Source: Eledone cirrhosa (lineage: Eukaryota). Taken from it: a DNA stretch of 64,000 bases. The position numbers and the translations under genes are program-made. Of this stretch, positions 1-11,731 are shown piece after piece; the first letter of the stretch is position 1; each line of letters opens with the position of its first letter. The notes beneath the pieces were generated by a model, which saw only the letters and a list, made by a program, of their open reading frames with translations, had not been told where the DNA came from and ran no database searches. The stretch lies in assembly GCA_964016885.1 (NCBI GenBank), contig OZ024742.1, forward strand, positions 115,878,001 to 115,942,000, read 5' to 3'.

Positions 1-442
1 CATATATGCACGTATCAGTTTAGCGGCGCTAACGTCGCTTTGTTCGTTTGTAAACAAACTGAACAGCCTGAATTTATGCCATACGGTGTTAAGGCAACCA
101 CGTCACCTTTTTGTTCAACACTGACACAGGAACGATGTACTAGTTTCAAGCTTGTTAGCTATCATCAGCACCGTTTACCCATCTGCCAGATAGTTGAACG
201 TTCGAAAGTATATACTTTCCTTATGAAAATTAACGGCTGAGCAGCCTAATTTGCATATTGAGTGAGTTAAATCGGTCAGGCATACCGAAAACGATAAATT
301 GAAACAAAATGAAAACGAAATTTCATTTCTCACTCTTAGTATGGCACTTACTTAAATGTAAGTATGCATGTATACGTACATACATATATGTATACAGACG
401 TACAGTAGCATGCACATATATATATATATATATATATATATA

Positions 443-628
443 GTGTCCGCGCATTGCCTGGAGACTCAGCTGAGAATAGACTCCCTGATGACGCAATGAA
501 TTCTCGACAGTTGGATTACGTAACTGTCTTTATCCCATTGCAGAAACTAATTAGTTGGAGTGAAAATGTAAGTAAGTAAAAAATTTTTTAAAAATTTTTT
601 AAAAAATATTTTCTTATTTTACGTCTTT

Positions 629-630
<2 letters not shown>
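443..630 (+). repeat. Partial copy (subfamily A) of the ~522-bp hammerhead-bearing repeat, inserted in (TA)n
   Basis: GTGTCCGCGCATTGCCTGG...ACTCCCTGATGA...GAAACTAATTAGTTGGAGTG...TTACGTCTTT is homologous to 8482-8650 and to the reverse complement of 43327-43494; (TA)n lies on both sides. Confidence 0.9.
480..561 (+). ncRNA. Type I hammerhead ribozyme, intact core
   Basis: Helix I ACTCC/GGAGT; CTGATGA at 485-491; helix II GCAATG/CATTGC with apical hairpin GACAGTTG/TAACTGTC; GAAA at 543-546; palindromic helix III CTAATTAG; GUU cleavage triplet. Confidence 0.85.
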
Positions 631-672
<42 letters not shown>

Positions 673-712
673 CGTATATAGATGTATACACATGTATATA
701 TATATATATATA

Positions 713-777
713 CATACATACATACATACATACATACATACATACATACATACATACATACATACATACATACATAC
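713..777. repeat. (TACA)n microsatellite at the 5' junction of the R4-clade element
   Basis: Perfect TACA run read directly from the sequence. Confidence 0.95.
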
Positions 778-3700
778 GATCAGTCGCATATTTTGGCGTG
801 GGACACTATTTATTAAATTTAAGATGAATACTATCTACGACAGTAATGCCACAACTACAGTCATGTTGAATAACTGGTTATTCTTCTAACTATATCTTCT
901 AAAGACACCTTTTATTCGAATACGTAGAGATATCCGACTAAATACATAATTCATTTAACAAGGATTTTCTACAAACAGCATGGCTGAATACAACATCAAC
1001 AACAAAATTAAGGATGTATCGAAGACAAACAACGAGAAAGGTAAACAAAATGTATTCAGTTGTAGCTACAGAAGAAACCGAAATTATAAATCGCATTTCT
1101 CTTGGAGGTGCGAAATTAATGACGATTTATCTAATTGTTCTAAAATGGCAAACACAAATCTCTCCATTGGCTATATGAAGAGAATGAAGCTACACTGGGA
1201 CGAAATAAATCCAGAACTAAATCACTTCACAGCGAAACAATTACGCCAACAACCGACGTTTGTTGAACGTAAAAATAAGATAAATATTATTAATTGTAAC
1301 TCCCCCACAACAAACATGGAATCAACAACAAGTGCTACAGGTCGCCATGATAATAGACTTCCTAGCAGCCAGGTCGAACATTGCCTTGACACAACTATGC
1401 CTGTAAGAAACTTGACACCACGTGTACCATCTAACTCTACCTCGAATGCTGGGGAAAACACTATCGATAATAATAATAATCGAAGAAATAATAATAATAA
1501 TAATCGAAGACATTTGACACCACGTGTAACATCCGAGTCTATCTCGACTCTTGTGGACAATACTATCGATAATGATAATCAAAAGTATAAACAATTGAAA
1601 ATTTCGCTCAACGAAATCTTCCAGAGAGAAATTAATTCATGTATAAATATCTTTCTTGCTGCACGTATTAAAACAAGAATATTTAGTAAAAAACCAAATA
1701 ATGAAATATTACGTGCTATTGACGGAATAGGGAATGAATATTTACGACGGATAAAATCCCCAACATTTTGGCAAATCAACGCCTGTTTATATGTCTTAGC
1801 AACGACAGTGAAGCATTATCTTGGTGATAGCAGTGATATTAACATGAACAAAACACCACCAAAAATATCATCATATATGACTAAAATAGAAAAAAAGATT
1901 GCTGACCTACGAAAAACCATAGGATATGTGACAATGCTCCTTACATGCAAACAAACACAATAGAACCTCACTCCTCACCAACAAAGAGTGAAAAATAAAA
2001 TAGACACCATCTTTGGTAACAGTAGAACCAGAACTCTTCAATATAAGCTGATCACCCTCAAACAAGAATTGAGAGCTGTTAGCGAAAAACGCCGATACGT
2101 GAAGAAGGTAAATGAGATAAAAGTGCTTAAAAAAGATTCAGACGAAACCAGACGTCAGTCTATAGAGATATGAAGAACAAAATAATAAGTGTCACTGAAG
2201 CCCCATCCCAGAAAGACATAGATCCCTTTTGGAAAAAAATATGGGGTGAAAAGAAGAATTTCAACCAGGATGCAGTGTGGCTAAATTAAATCCGAAAGAA
2301 TTATTGTTCCTACACTACAACAAAAACATACGAAATAAGTGAGGGTACCCTTGAGACTGTGATAAGAAAACTCCAAGATAAGAAAACACCAGGAAAGACA
2401 TGATTGTCGGCTACTGGTACAAAAAACTGATATTTTATCGGAGGTATCTTACTGACCTCTACCAACAAGTTCTTAAGAGAGATACACTTATACCAGAATG
2501 GTTGACATTAGCACAAACATTACTGATCCCCAAGAATAAAGACGCCCACTTGTCAAAAAACTACCGACCCATTGCATGTCAGAACCTGATGTATAAGATG
2601 TATACAGCCTGCCTGAACCTATTCCTCCAAGATCACTTTGAAAATAATAACATCATCACAGATGAACAAGCAGCTGGAAAGAAAGGGGTTTGGGATGTGC
2701 TGAACAACTCCTAATCAACAAAACTGCGATGTCGGAGGTGCGACAACTTAGGAGGAATATGGCTGCAGTCTGGCTGGACTACAAGAAAGCTTTCGATTCT
2801 GTTCCCCACTCTTGGATGATAGAAGCCCTCCATCTTGCTGAAGTCCCAGACATTATTATCAGAGCCATAGCGAAGCTGTCTTCTTCTTGGTCTACTATCC
2901 TAAGGTTAATGACAGAGAGGGAGGACTCTATTTTCACTTATAAAATAAAATATCGCAGGGGTATATTTCAGGAAGACAGTCTCTCTGTTATATTATTCAT
3001 CCTGTCATTAAACCACTTGTCCTTTCTGGTCAAGAAATGTGAAGGATACATCATTGGCTCACAGGAGGACAGAAATACGAACCTAACCCATAATTTCTTT
3101 GTGGATGATCTGAAAATATTTGACAAGAACATGGATGGGATGAAGAAAAATCTTGACCTGGTTACAACGTTTTCAAAGTATATAGGAATGGAATTTGGCC
3201 AAGATAAATGCTCATATATGACTGTAAATCGTGGAAAAATAACAACCCAATCTAGCAACATTGTCATCAATGGCCTAACTGTTTGACCGATATAGATGAG
3301 GACTGCTACAGATACCAGGAGATAGATGAAAACATATCCTATAATGGTATCTGTAATAAGGAACGCGTAACCAGGGAATACTACACCCGATTAAGAACGA
3401 TTTGGTCATCGGAACTCTCTGCGCAAAACATAACAGTGGCTCACAATGCGTTTGCTATGCGTGTCCTATAACCAATGTTTGTAATACTCAACTGGACTAT
3501 AGACGAAATCCGAGCAGTTGATCTTGGAACTCGACAGATACTAAACTACACCGGAAACCTCCACATCAACAGTGACATAGACCGCCTTTACTTGAAACGT
3601 AGGGAGGGAGGCAGAGGCCTAACATCAGTCCAGACAGCATTTGAATGACGGATCATATCCCTTCGACAACATTTACGTACCTCGAAGCATAGGAGCCCGT

Positions 3701-4885
3701 CTCTCGAGCAGGTCTATCTGCATGAAACAGATAAGATCATGAGAGTTGGGAAGGAACTCCTCGTGAGATATTCCCTGTGTGATAATCAAAAACTCACACC
3801 CAGGGAAATCGCTCAGCAGTATCGCAGTGATACTGGATAGTGGATGAAAAACTGCATGCTTATCAGCAAAATGTCATGCATGGATATGTTGCCAGGAGGC
3901 TCCAGAGTGAGAGTAATATAGATAAGGAAAGTAGTCTATCATGGGCCAACAACCGCTATATTGGCTCCCACTTTGAAGGATACACTTTTGCAATCCAAGA
4001 ACAGGAGATTAACACGAAATACCTGATTCACAAAAGAGATAGGCATGCAGGCAAATCGCCAAGATGTGATAACAAGTGCAGACTCTGCATAACTAACAGC
4101 GACGATATCACCCATGTCATCAGCAGCTGTCCAAAGATGTCATCGCAGTACTATCTACCTAAGAGGCATGATGTAGTGGCCAAAACACTGTACAATGCAA
4201 TCCGTAGAAAAGATATCCCCGATAATGTATACATTAAAAGCTACAGCAATGTGGAAGACATACATAATATGAAAGCGTACTGGTGGAATGTTGCAGTAAA
4301 AAAAACAATAAAATGCAGGCATAACAGACCAGATATTAGGATATGGGACAGAGAGAGGAAAACATGCACGGTAGTGGAAATTAGCTGCCCAGCAGATGCC
4401 AATACAATATCAAAGATTAGCGAAAAGGAAGATATTTATGCAGAACTGATGAGAAATCTGCAGATACTCCTTCCTGATTACACCTTCAGATTTATGCCTG
4501 TGATTATTGGGGCACTGGGGTTTGTTAGTAACTGCCTCAATACAACTCTTGAGAAGCTAGGCTTTACAGGAACAGAAAGAACAAAACTAGTTACGAAATT
4601 ACAAGTACAATCCATTAATGGAACAGTAAAAATATGTAAAACATTCCAAAAGGTTTGCATATAATAACTGCATATACACATGTACAGATACAAAGCATAT
4701 ACACATGCACACATACAACTCAAAACATACACATACACACATACAATAAAATCCATATCTATCCATGCATGCATGCATACATAATCTACCTAGTTGATGT
4801 GTAAATTCCAATGAGAGTGAGTATTGTGTCTATGTTAGAAACCGACTCACTCCCTATTGGGAAAACTTTATGAAATTATAAAACC
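778..4885 (+). mobile_element. R4/Dong-clade non-LTR retrotransposon (RT + CCHC + restriction-like endonuclease), near full length, disrupted
   Basis: ORF pieces 980-4664 give N-terminal GYMKRMKLHWDE, RT motifs NYRPIAC, WLDYKKAFDSVPHSW, GIFQEDSLS and FVDDLK, then CRLC..H..SSC and RHD, and RLE motifs RPDI..WD, VEISCP and KEDIY. Several stops and frameshifts. Bracketed by (TACA)n on both sides. Confidence 0.92.
980..4664 (+). pseudogene. Fragmented single ORF of the R4-clade element (RT-RLE polyprotein)
   Basis: ORF track fragments 980-1963, 1988-2173, 2400-2714, 2690-3286, 3283-3471 and 3840-4664 are colinear parts of one RT-RLE protein. Confidence 0.9.
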
Positions 4886-4898
4886 ATACATACATACA

Positions 4899-5430
4899 TG
4901 ATGGCGGTATCTCGAATTCAAAAATTGCCAGCAACTCATCTCACTTTCATACATGGGTGGCACGAACATGACTATATAGCCCTATATTCCGTTCTGCAGA
5001 TGCTACAATGATCAGCAATATTTCCCTTCTGGCTCACTGTTTTCGTTTTTTTTTTAATGATGTTGAGGTCCATTGTTTTCCAATTATCCGTCTCTATTGA
5101 CAGCAGCATTGGGTTCTATCAAAACCCATAGGAACCTGTCAAGACAGCCGAGCTTAGTCAGAATCTCCCATAACACAGTCCTACTCACCGTATCAAAGCA
5201 TTTATTAAAACAAAGACATGATTCATGGTGTACTCTGTTCAATGTACGTCTCCTGCAGTTGCCTTAAACAGGTGATCATCCTTGTTGACCCTCAGCCATA
5301 TCTGAAGTCTCTGTGTGACTCAGGAATAATATGGCCATTGAAGTTATGAAGCAATCTGACCAGTATCATATTACACAAAACTTTTCCTACAACTATCAGG
5401 AGGAATACCCGATGATAATTATCACCATCA
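4899..5430 (-). mobile_element. RTE-clade LINE relic (RT fragment joined to 3' end) with (ATGT)n tail
   Basis: Minus-strand translation GDNYHRVFLLIVVGKVLCNMILVRL...IIPESHRDFRYG resembles RT domains 1-2; C-terminal CSIC...IGLYSHVRATH zinc-finger remnant; ends ...CCGCCATC followed by ATGT repeats. Confidence 0.75.
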
Positions 5431-5454
5431 TTATTTGCACCATTTCGGTATTAT

Positions 5455-5635
5455 TGGCAGTATCGGTAGAGGGTCGGACGCCATGCTTTCCAGCATAGTT
5501 ACATCCCTTTACGATCTGAGTTCAAATCCCGCCGAGGTTGACTTTGCCTTTCATCCTTAAGGGGTCGATAAAATAAAGTACCAGTAATGCACTGGGTAAT
5601 TGCTGGCCTTGTGCCTAAAGTAGAAACAATTATTT
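5455..5635 (+). mobile_element. tRNA-derived SINE (family recurring through the window; resembles octopus SINEs)
   Basis: A-box-like TGGCAGTATCGGTAG, B-box-like GTTCAAATCCC, shared body CCTTTCATCC..GGGGTCGATAAA..AGTACCAG and end TTGCTGGCCTTGTGCCTAAA.TAGAAAC + ATT. Confidence 0.8.
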
Positions 5636-6227
5636 GCACCATTTCCCTGTAAAGCACTACCATCAATGTAGCTTTCCACTCATAGGGAATGCTTTCTTCC
5701 TGCTAAACCACACGTATCTGGTTTTTAAATTGTCTTCTGACTCTACTCGTCCTGTCTTTCCTCCTCGACATTACTATGCCCTGACTCTTAGGCATGGGAA
5801 TTCTCCCCTTCTGTTGCTAGTTGTAGTAGACAGATTCGTCCATTCAAATTAAATCTATCAGCCAAGAACAACTTTTCTTCAATTGCTCTCTAAGCAATTA
5901 TCCTGATAACCGATGGTTAATACGAAACTATTTGAGATCAATAAAATTGCTATGGTAAAATACTACTGTACTCAATATTCCTCAGTACTTTTATTTTCTG
6001 AAACTCCTATTACCTTGGCACTTTTAATCTCACACGCATTGTCGGCCTTCCAAATATTTAAACTTATTTAAATATATAGAAGTTACAAAGGCTGGCTTTG
6101 TTTATAAACAACGAAAATTTGAAAACTAGATAGTAAATAGTCCTTACGCCGTATTTGACTAAGAAATGTTGTCTATTAATTGGTATTTTTAAATACCAAC
6201 GGAATAGAAAAAAAATGGATGAGAATT

Positions 6228-6298
6228 GACGTATATTGGACAGAAACCCACATCTTTGGTCATCCAGACCACTCTGCTACCATTTACTCCAATGCGCC
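6228..6298 (-). pseudogene. Degenerate tRNA-like gene (isotype not assignable) with downstream oligo-T
   Basis: 71 nt. Acceptor GGCGCAT/ATACGTC (one mismatch), A-box-like TGGAGTAAATGGTAGC, anticodon stem TGGT/ACCA, decayed T-arm, and a T-run about 12 nt downstream. Confidence 0.55.
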
Positions 6299-6492
6299 AC
6301 TCGCACCTTCGTTCCATTCAACTAAATCATAGCGTAGGAATATATATATACAGATAGGGAGAAAATAAAAAGTTTGGCTTAGTTTATAAACAGCGGAGAT
6401 TTGAAAAATGTATAGTAAATATTGCTTACGGAGAAATTTGATAAAGTAAATTAGTCTATCAGTTGGGATAAAAAAAAAACAGAATGAGCATC

Positions 6493-6565
6493 GACGTACA
6501 CGGGACACGAACCCGCAACTTTCGTTAACCAGATCCATGTGGTCCCGTTTACACTAATAGGCGAC
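6493..6565 (-). pseudogene. Second degenerate tRNA-like gene with downstream oligo-T
   Basis: 73 nt. T-arm GCGGG-TTCGTGT-CCCGT (B-box-like GGTTCG), D-arm GTG/CAC, T10 run about 13 nt downstream; homologous to 6228-6298. Confidence 0.6.
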
Positions 6566-6779
6566 CTACACCTTCATTCCATTCAATTGATGTTATATAA
6601 TCATGTGGGATTTTTAAACTCCCAACTAATATACTACTTTACTTAGTCAAATTACTGCGTATGCATTATTTACTAGGTATTTTTCAATATCAGCTGTTTA
6701 TAAACAAAGCCAAGCTTTGTATCTTATACATACACGCACACAAGCGCGCGCGCACACACATACACATACACATATATAT

Positions 6780-6826
<47 letters not shown>

Positions 6827-6986
6827 GGATATGTAAAGGTAACTATAGTAGGTAAAATTAATTTTTTAAAATTTATTCTGAAACTTTTTCATTATTTGCT
6901 AAACCTTGTTTATATATATATATATATATATATATGAAAGACGTAAATAAGAAAGTTATGAAAATTGACTTACTTACTAAAATTTC

Positions 6987-7067
6987 ATTCCAACTAATTA
7001 GTTTCTGTAAGGGGATAAATATAGTTATGTAATATAACTATAGAGAATCCTTACATCATCTGGGAGT
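6987..7067 (-). ncRNA. Hammerhead ribozyme copy, core mutated (CAGATGA)
   Basis: Reverse complement reads ACTCC-CAGATGA-TGTAAGG...CCTTACA-GAAA-CTAATTAG-TT-GGAAT. Confidence 0.7.
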
Positions 7068-7510
7068 CTATTCTCAGCTAATCTTCCAGGCAATGCGGGG
7101 ACACCGGAAACTTATATAAAAATAATTCAGTTGATGAAAAAAAGCGAGCGGGGCTAGATTCCAAGATATTGAAAAATTCACTGCCTACTTGGTCAAGTGG
7201 CAAATTCAAAAGAATCAATCACGTGACACTGAGGTTAATCAGCTAGGAGTGGGGGTGCTATTAAGACAGAGCCTAGCCACTACTATCAGTCACAGTAGTA
7301 ATTTCGGCAATTTTGCTCAACAAATAATTTGGAGATAATTATAAAGAATTAATATATCTACCGACATATGTATACAGATGCATACCTATGCCAGCAAATA
7401 TATATGTTTTGTCTTAGTAACTTCGTGGTTCTATGCAGGGGGATGCTGAACAATTATATGAAAGACGTAAATAAGAAAGTTATGAAAATTGACTTACTTA
7501 CTAAAATTTC

Positions 7511-7591
7511 ACTCCAACTAATTAGTTTCTGTAAGGGGATATATAAAGTTACGTAATATAACTATAGAGAAGCCTTACGTCATCAGGGAGT
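7511..7591 (-). ncRNA. Hammerhead ribozyme copy, intact core
   Basis: Reverse complement reads ACTCC-CTGATGA-CGTAAGG...CCTTACA-GAAA-CTAATTAG-TT-GGAGT. Confidence 0.85.
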
Positions 7592-7992
7592 CTATTCTCA
7601 GCAAAGCTTCCAGGCAATGCGGGGACACTGGGAACTTATATAAAAATAATTCAGTGGATGGAAAAAAACGAGCGTGGCTAGATTCCAAGACATATTAATT
7701 CTTTATAATTACTCCAAATTATTTGTTGAGCAAAATTTGCCGAAATTACTACTGTGACTGATAGTAGTGGCTAGGCTCTGTCTTAATAGCACCCCCCCCC
7801 CCCCCCCCACTCCTAGCTGATTAACCTCAGTGTCACGTGATTGATTCTTTTGAATTTGCCACTTGACCAAGTAGGAAGTGAATTTTTCAATGTCTTGGAA
7901 TCTAGGCCCGCTCGCTTTTTTCCATCCACTGAATTAATTTTTATATAAGTTACCAGTGTCCGCGCATTGCCTGGAAGCTTAGCTGAGAATAG

Positions 7993-8073
7993 ACTCGCTG
8001 GTGACGTAAGGCTTCTCTATAGTTATATTACGTAACTATATTTATCCCCTTACAGAAACTAATTAGTTGGAGT
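7993..8073 (+). ncRNA. Hammerhead ribozyme copy, core mutated (CTGGTGA)
   Basis: ACTCG-CTGGTGA-CGTAAGG...CCTTACA-GAAA-CTAATTAG-TT-GGAGT. Confidence 0.7.
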
Positions 8074-8518
8074 GACATTTTAGTAAGTATGTCAATTTTC
8101 ATAAGTTTCTTCTTTACGTCTTTCATATAATTGTTCTGCATCCCTCTGCATAGAACCACACAGTTACTAAGACAAAACATATATATTTGCTGGCATAGGT
8201 ATGCATCTGTATACATATGTTGGTAGATATATATAAATTCTTTATAATTATCTCCAAATTATTTGTTGGGCAAAATTTGCCGAAATTACTACTGTGACTG
8301 ATAGTAGTGGCTAGGCTCTGTCTTAATAGTACCCCCACGTCTAGCTGATTAACCTCAGTGTCACGTGATTGATTCTTTTGAATTTGCCACTTGACCAAGT
8401 AGGCAGTGAATTTTTCAATGTCTTGGAATCTAGCCCCGCTCGCTTTTTCCATCCACTGAATTATTTTTATATAAGTTCTCAGTGTCCCCGCATTGCCTGG
8501 AAGCTTAGCTGATAATAG

Positions 8519-8599
8519 ACTCCCTGATGACGTAAGGCTTCTCTATAGTTATATTACGTAACTATATTTATCCCCTTACAGAAACTAATTAGTTGGAGT
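8519..8599 (+). ncRNA. Hammerhead ribozyme copy, intact core
   Basis: ACTCC, CTGATGA (8524-8530), GTAAGG/CCTTAC stem with apical TATAGTTA/TAACTATA hairpin, GAAA (8581-8584), CTAATTAG, TT, GGAGT. Confidence 0.85.
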
Positions 8600-8762
8600 G
8601 GAATTTTAGTAAGTAAGTCAATTTTCATAACTGTCTTATTTACGTCTTTCATATAATTGTTCTGCATCCTCTGCATAGAACCACAAAGTTACTAAGACAA
8701 AACATATATATTTGCTGGCATAGGTATGCATCTGTATACATATGTCGGTAGATATATTAATT

Positions 8763-9228
<466 letters not shown>

Positions 9229-9252
9229 TATATACACATGTATTGATATAAT

Positions 9253-9460
9253 GGTTTCTGATTTAGGCACAAGGCTAACATTTTGTCGGGTAGGGGTAAG
9301 TCTATTAAATTGACCCCAGTGTGTTACATGTTCTTTATTTTATCAGCCCCGTAAGGATGACATGCAACGCTAACCTCAGTGGGATTTGAACACTTAACGT
9401 CAAATGGAGTAACTCATACCACGAAACAAGGTGTCCGGCGCTCTACCAGTACCCCCAATC
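9253..9460 (-). mobile_element. tRNA-derived SINE
   Basis: Reverse complement of the 5455 family (TTTAGGCACAAGGC, GACCCCAGT, GGGATTTGAAC). Confidence 0.75.
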
Positions 9461-11297
9461 CACCACCCTCGCATGTATAGTTATAATAAGGTATGTATAT
9501 GTACACATATAACTCAAGACATACTCATCTACACGTGCAATAAAATCCATACATGTACGCAACAAACATATTCAAACATACATAATTGTATGCTTTTATA
9601 TGGAAGACCGGCATTTTCTTTCGTTGGTTGAAATTAGAAAAAATTAAAATAAAGCCAAAACACGCACACACGAACGCATACACAGATACATACACCAAAC
9701 TCACACAAAAAAAACCTACCGACATATATTCTCACATACGTACATACATGTAAATGTGAGAGTGGTTTTATCGGTACGCTTGAGTGTAAGGTTTTTGTGT
9801 GCACTTGGGTTTGTGTATGTGAGCGTACAGAAGTGTGTATGTTTTTGCTGCGTAGTTACGATTGTCAAAGATTTTAGGTTAAACAAGACTGAAAAATATA
9901 CAGCCATGTAAATCGCATCGTTACTTTATCATGAATCTAAACACAAGGACGCTATATATATTTTTGCTATTCATATATTGTATACTACATCTATTTATGC
10001 AAATATGTCGACAAGTATTTATAATCGATTGTGTGATCTGACAATAAATTATGTCCGATCTTTGCACAATATACATTGACAAACTGAACACATGACAAAG
10101 TGCCCTCTAGTTACAGGGTCCGTGATTAACCATTCAAAGCTACATAATCAAACTCAAATAGCCTTATCCATATGTTTGTGTGGATATCAAATATGGAAAA
10201 AAACTGTGTATTTTTGATCTGGCAACATAACAACCATAGCATCATGATCATGCTCATGACGATGAACATGGGATCTTATGAGTCGCTCAAACTGCTAGAA
10301 ATAGAAGGCAAAATATCTCGAAAATCAGGCGAATTAGAAATGGTACATTGCGATCTAGACAGAAATTTGGTGAATTATTTCGAAAGGAATTAAGTAAAAA
10401 TGAAAATGTATATTATAGTTTGACTGCTTGTCAAAGGACATAGGAACAGTCGATCCGGTCGTCTTATGTCTAAACAACAACGACACTAATAAAGATAATT
10501 GGTATTTGATTTTACCTATTCAGAGTTTTCAACTGAGATAGTATAGACTCACAATTCAAATACAACAAGGCATTCTGTTGCATCAGCACCTCTCTACCAC
10601 TAATCCGTCGCGTCATTGTGTTGCTGTTTTCTAAACTAGAAGCATCAGATAATGTAATCCGAGATAAGAAATATTTGGGAAAAATCAAAACTCTATATCT
10701 ATAGCTGTGATGTCTAAGCTTCATTCATCCTAAGAATGACTAATCAAAACAGATCTAGGTCTATATCGCAATAAAAGCAACTAGTATTATATTTTATCTA
10801 AAGAAATGACGGGGGACAAGGTTGCTCCCGGTGGCAATTGAACCGGGGTCACAAAGAATCCGTCAAGCCATATTAGAATCATCATTCTACCATTCCACTC
10901 ATTTCGTTAATCAATGGCCCCTATTTATCTTCAATATACTTGAGGCTAGTCAATAATTAAATGTTTAGTCTGCTGTTTCTGTTTAGCTGTGAGGCATATT
11001 GTTCTAACAAGACATTTGTAATGAAACTTTACCAACATGCTAGAATATATCTTAAGCATTGCTTCGCAAGTATTTATCAAGTCTCTTTCCCAGTCTCTCT
11101 TATACATTCTTTTATTCGATAATCCTATTTGATATCTGATTTCAGAAAGTTGACGTCTGTTGTGTATCAGATTGTTACATCACTTCATTTCTTAAAGAAC
11201 TTACTTCTATGAATGAATTAGTTATTGTTGAAGACCGATTAAATATCGATATATTTATGTACAAATATACACACACCTGCGCGGACACACGTATAAA

Positions 11298-11347
<50 letters not shown>

Positions 11348-11364
11348 TACATATATATATATAT

Positions 11365-11406
11365 GATGGCTGCCTCCTCTTTATCGAGTATGGCCATTGC
11401 ACGAGG
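11365..11406 (-). mobile_element. Very short RTE-type 3'-end fragment with (AT)n tail
   Basis: GATGGCTGCCTCCTCTTTATCGAGTATGGCCATT aligns with the RTE 3' end at 51426 (GGTGGCAGCCAACTCGTTTTCGATTACGGCCACT). Confidence 0.6.
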
Positions 11407-11479
11407 AGAAAGAAAAAAAAAAAAAATAATAATAATAATAATTATAATAATAAATATATATATATACATATATGCATAC

Positions 11480-11536
<57 letters not shown>

Positions 11537-11663
11537 TATTTATATATATATATATATATATATCTGAGTATGTATATATGTTTGTCTGTGTATATGAACG
11601 TATATAGTTAGTCATGTATATATGTATGTTTCTGTGTGTACCACACACACACACACACACTCA

Positions 11664-11731
<68 letters not shown>

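Larger units (their letters stand above)
6084..6721. repeat. Diverged ~285-bp tandem duplication enclosed by ~115-bp inverted arms
   Basis: 6084-6200 is the reverse complement of 6608-6721 (TACAAAG..TGGCTTTGTTTATAAACA / TGTTTATAAACAAAGCCAAGCTTTGTA); 6085-6330 is repeated directly at ~6370-6595. Confidence 0.75.

Noticed and set aside
8123-8452. 109-aa ORF (MEKASGARFQ...) and the 62-aa MYTDAYLC ORFs within the 522-bp unit
   Set aside because: They are antisense to the ribozyme, show no recognisable domain, and the frame is broken in subfamily C (ATG at ~43524 stops after 12 codons).
10172-10393. Possible host exon with His/Met-rich stretch
   Set aside because: Short, with no recognisable homology or clear splice sites; it cannot be supported without transcript data.
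11365-11406. Minimal HDV-like ribozyme fold on the plus strand
   Set aside because: It lacks the L3/P1.1 consensus and P4. It is better explained as the reverse complement of an RTE 3' stem-loop homologous to 51426.
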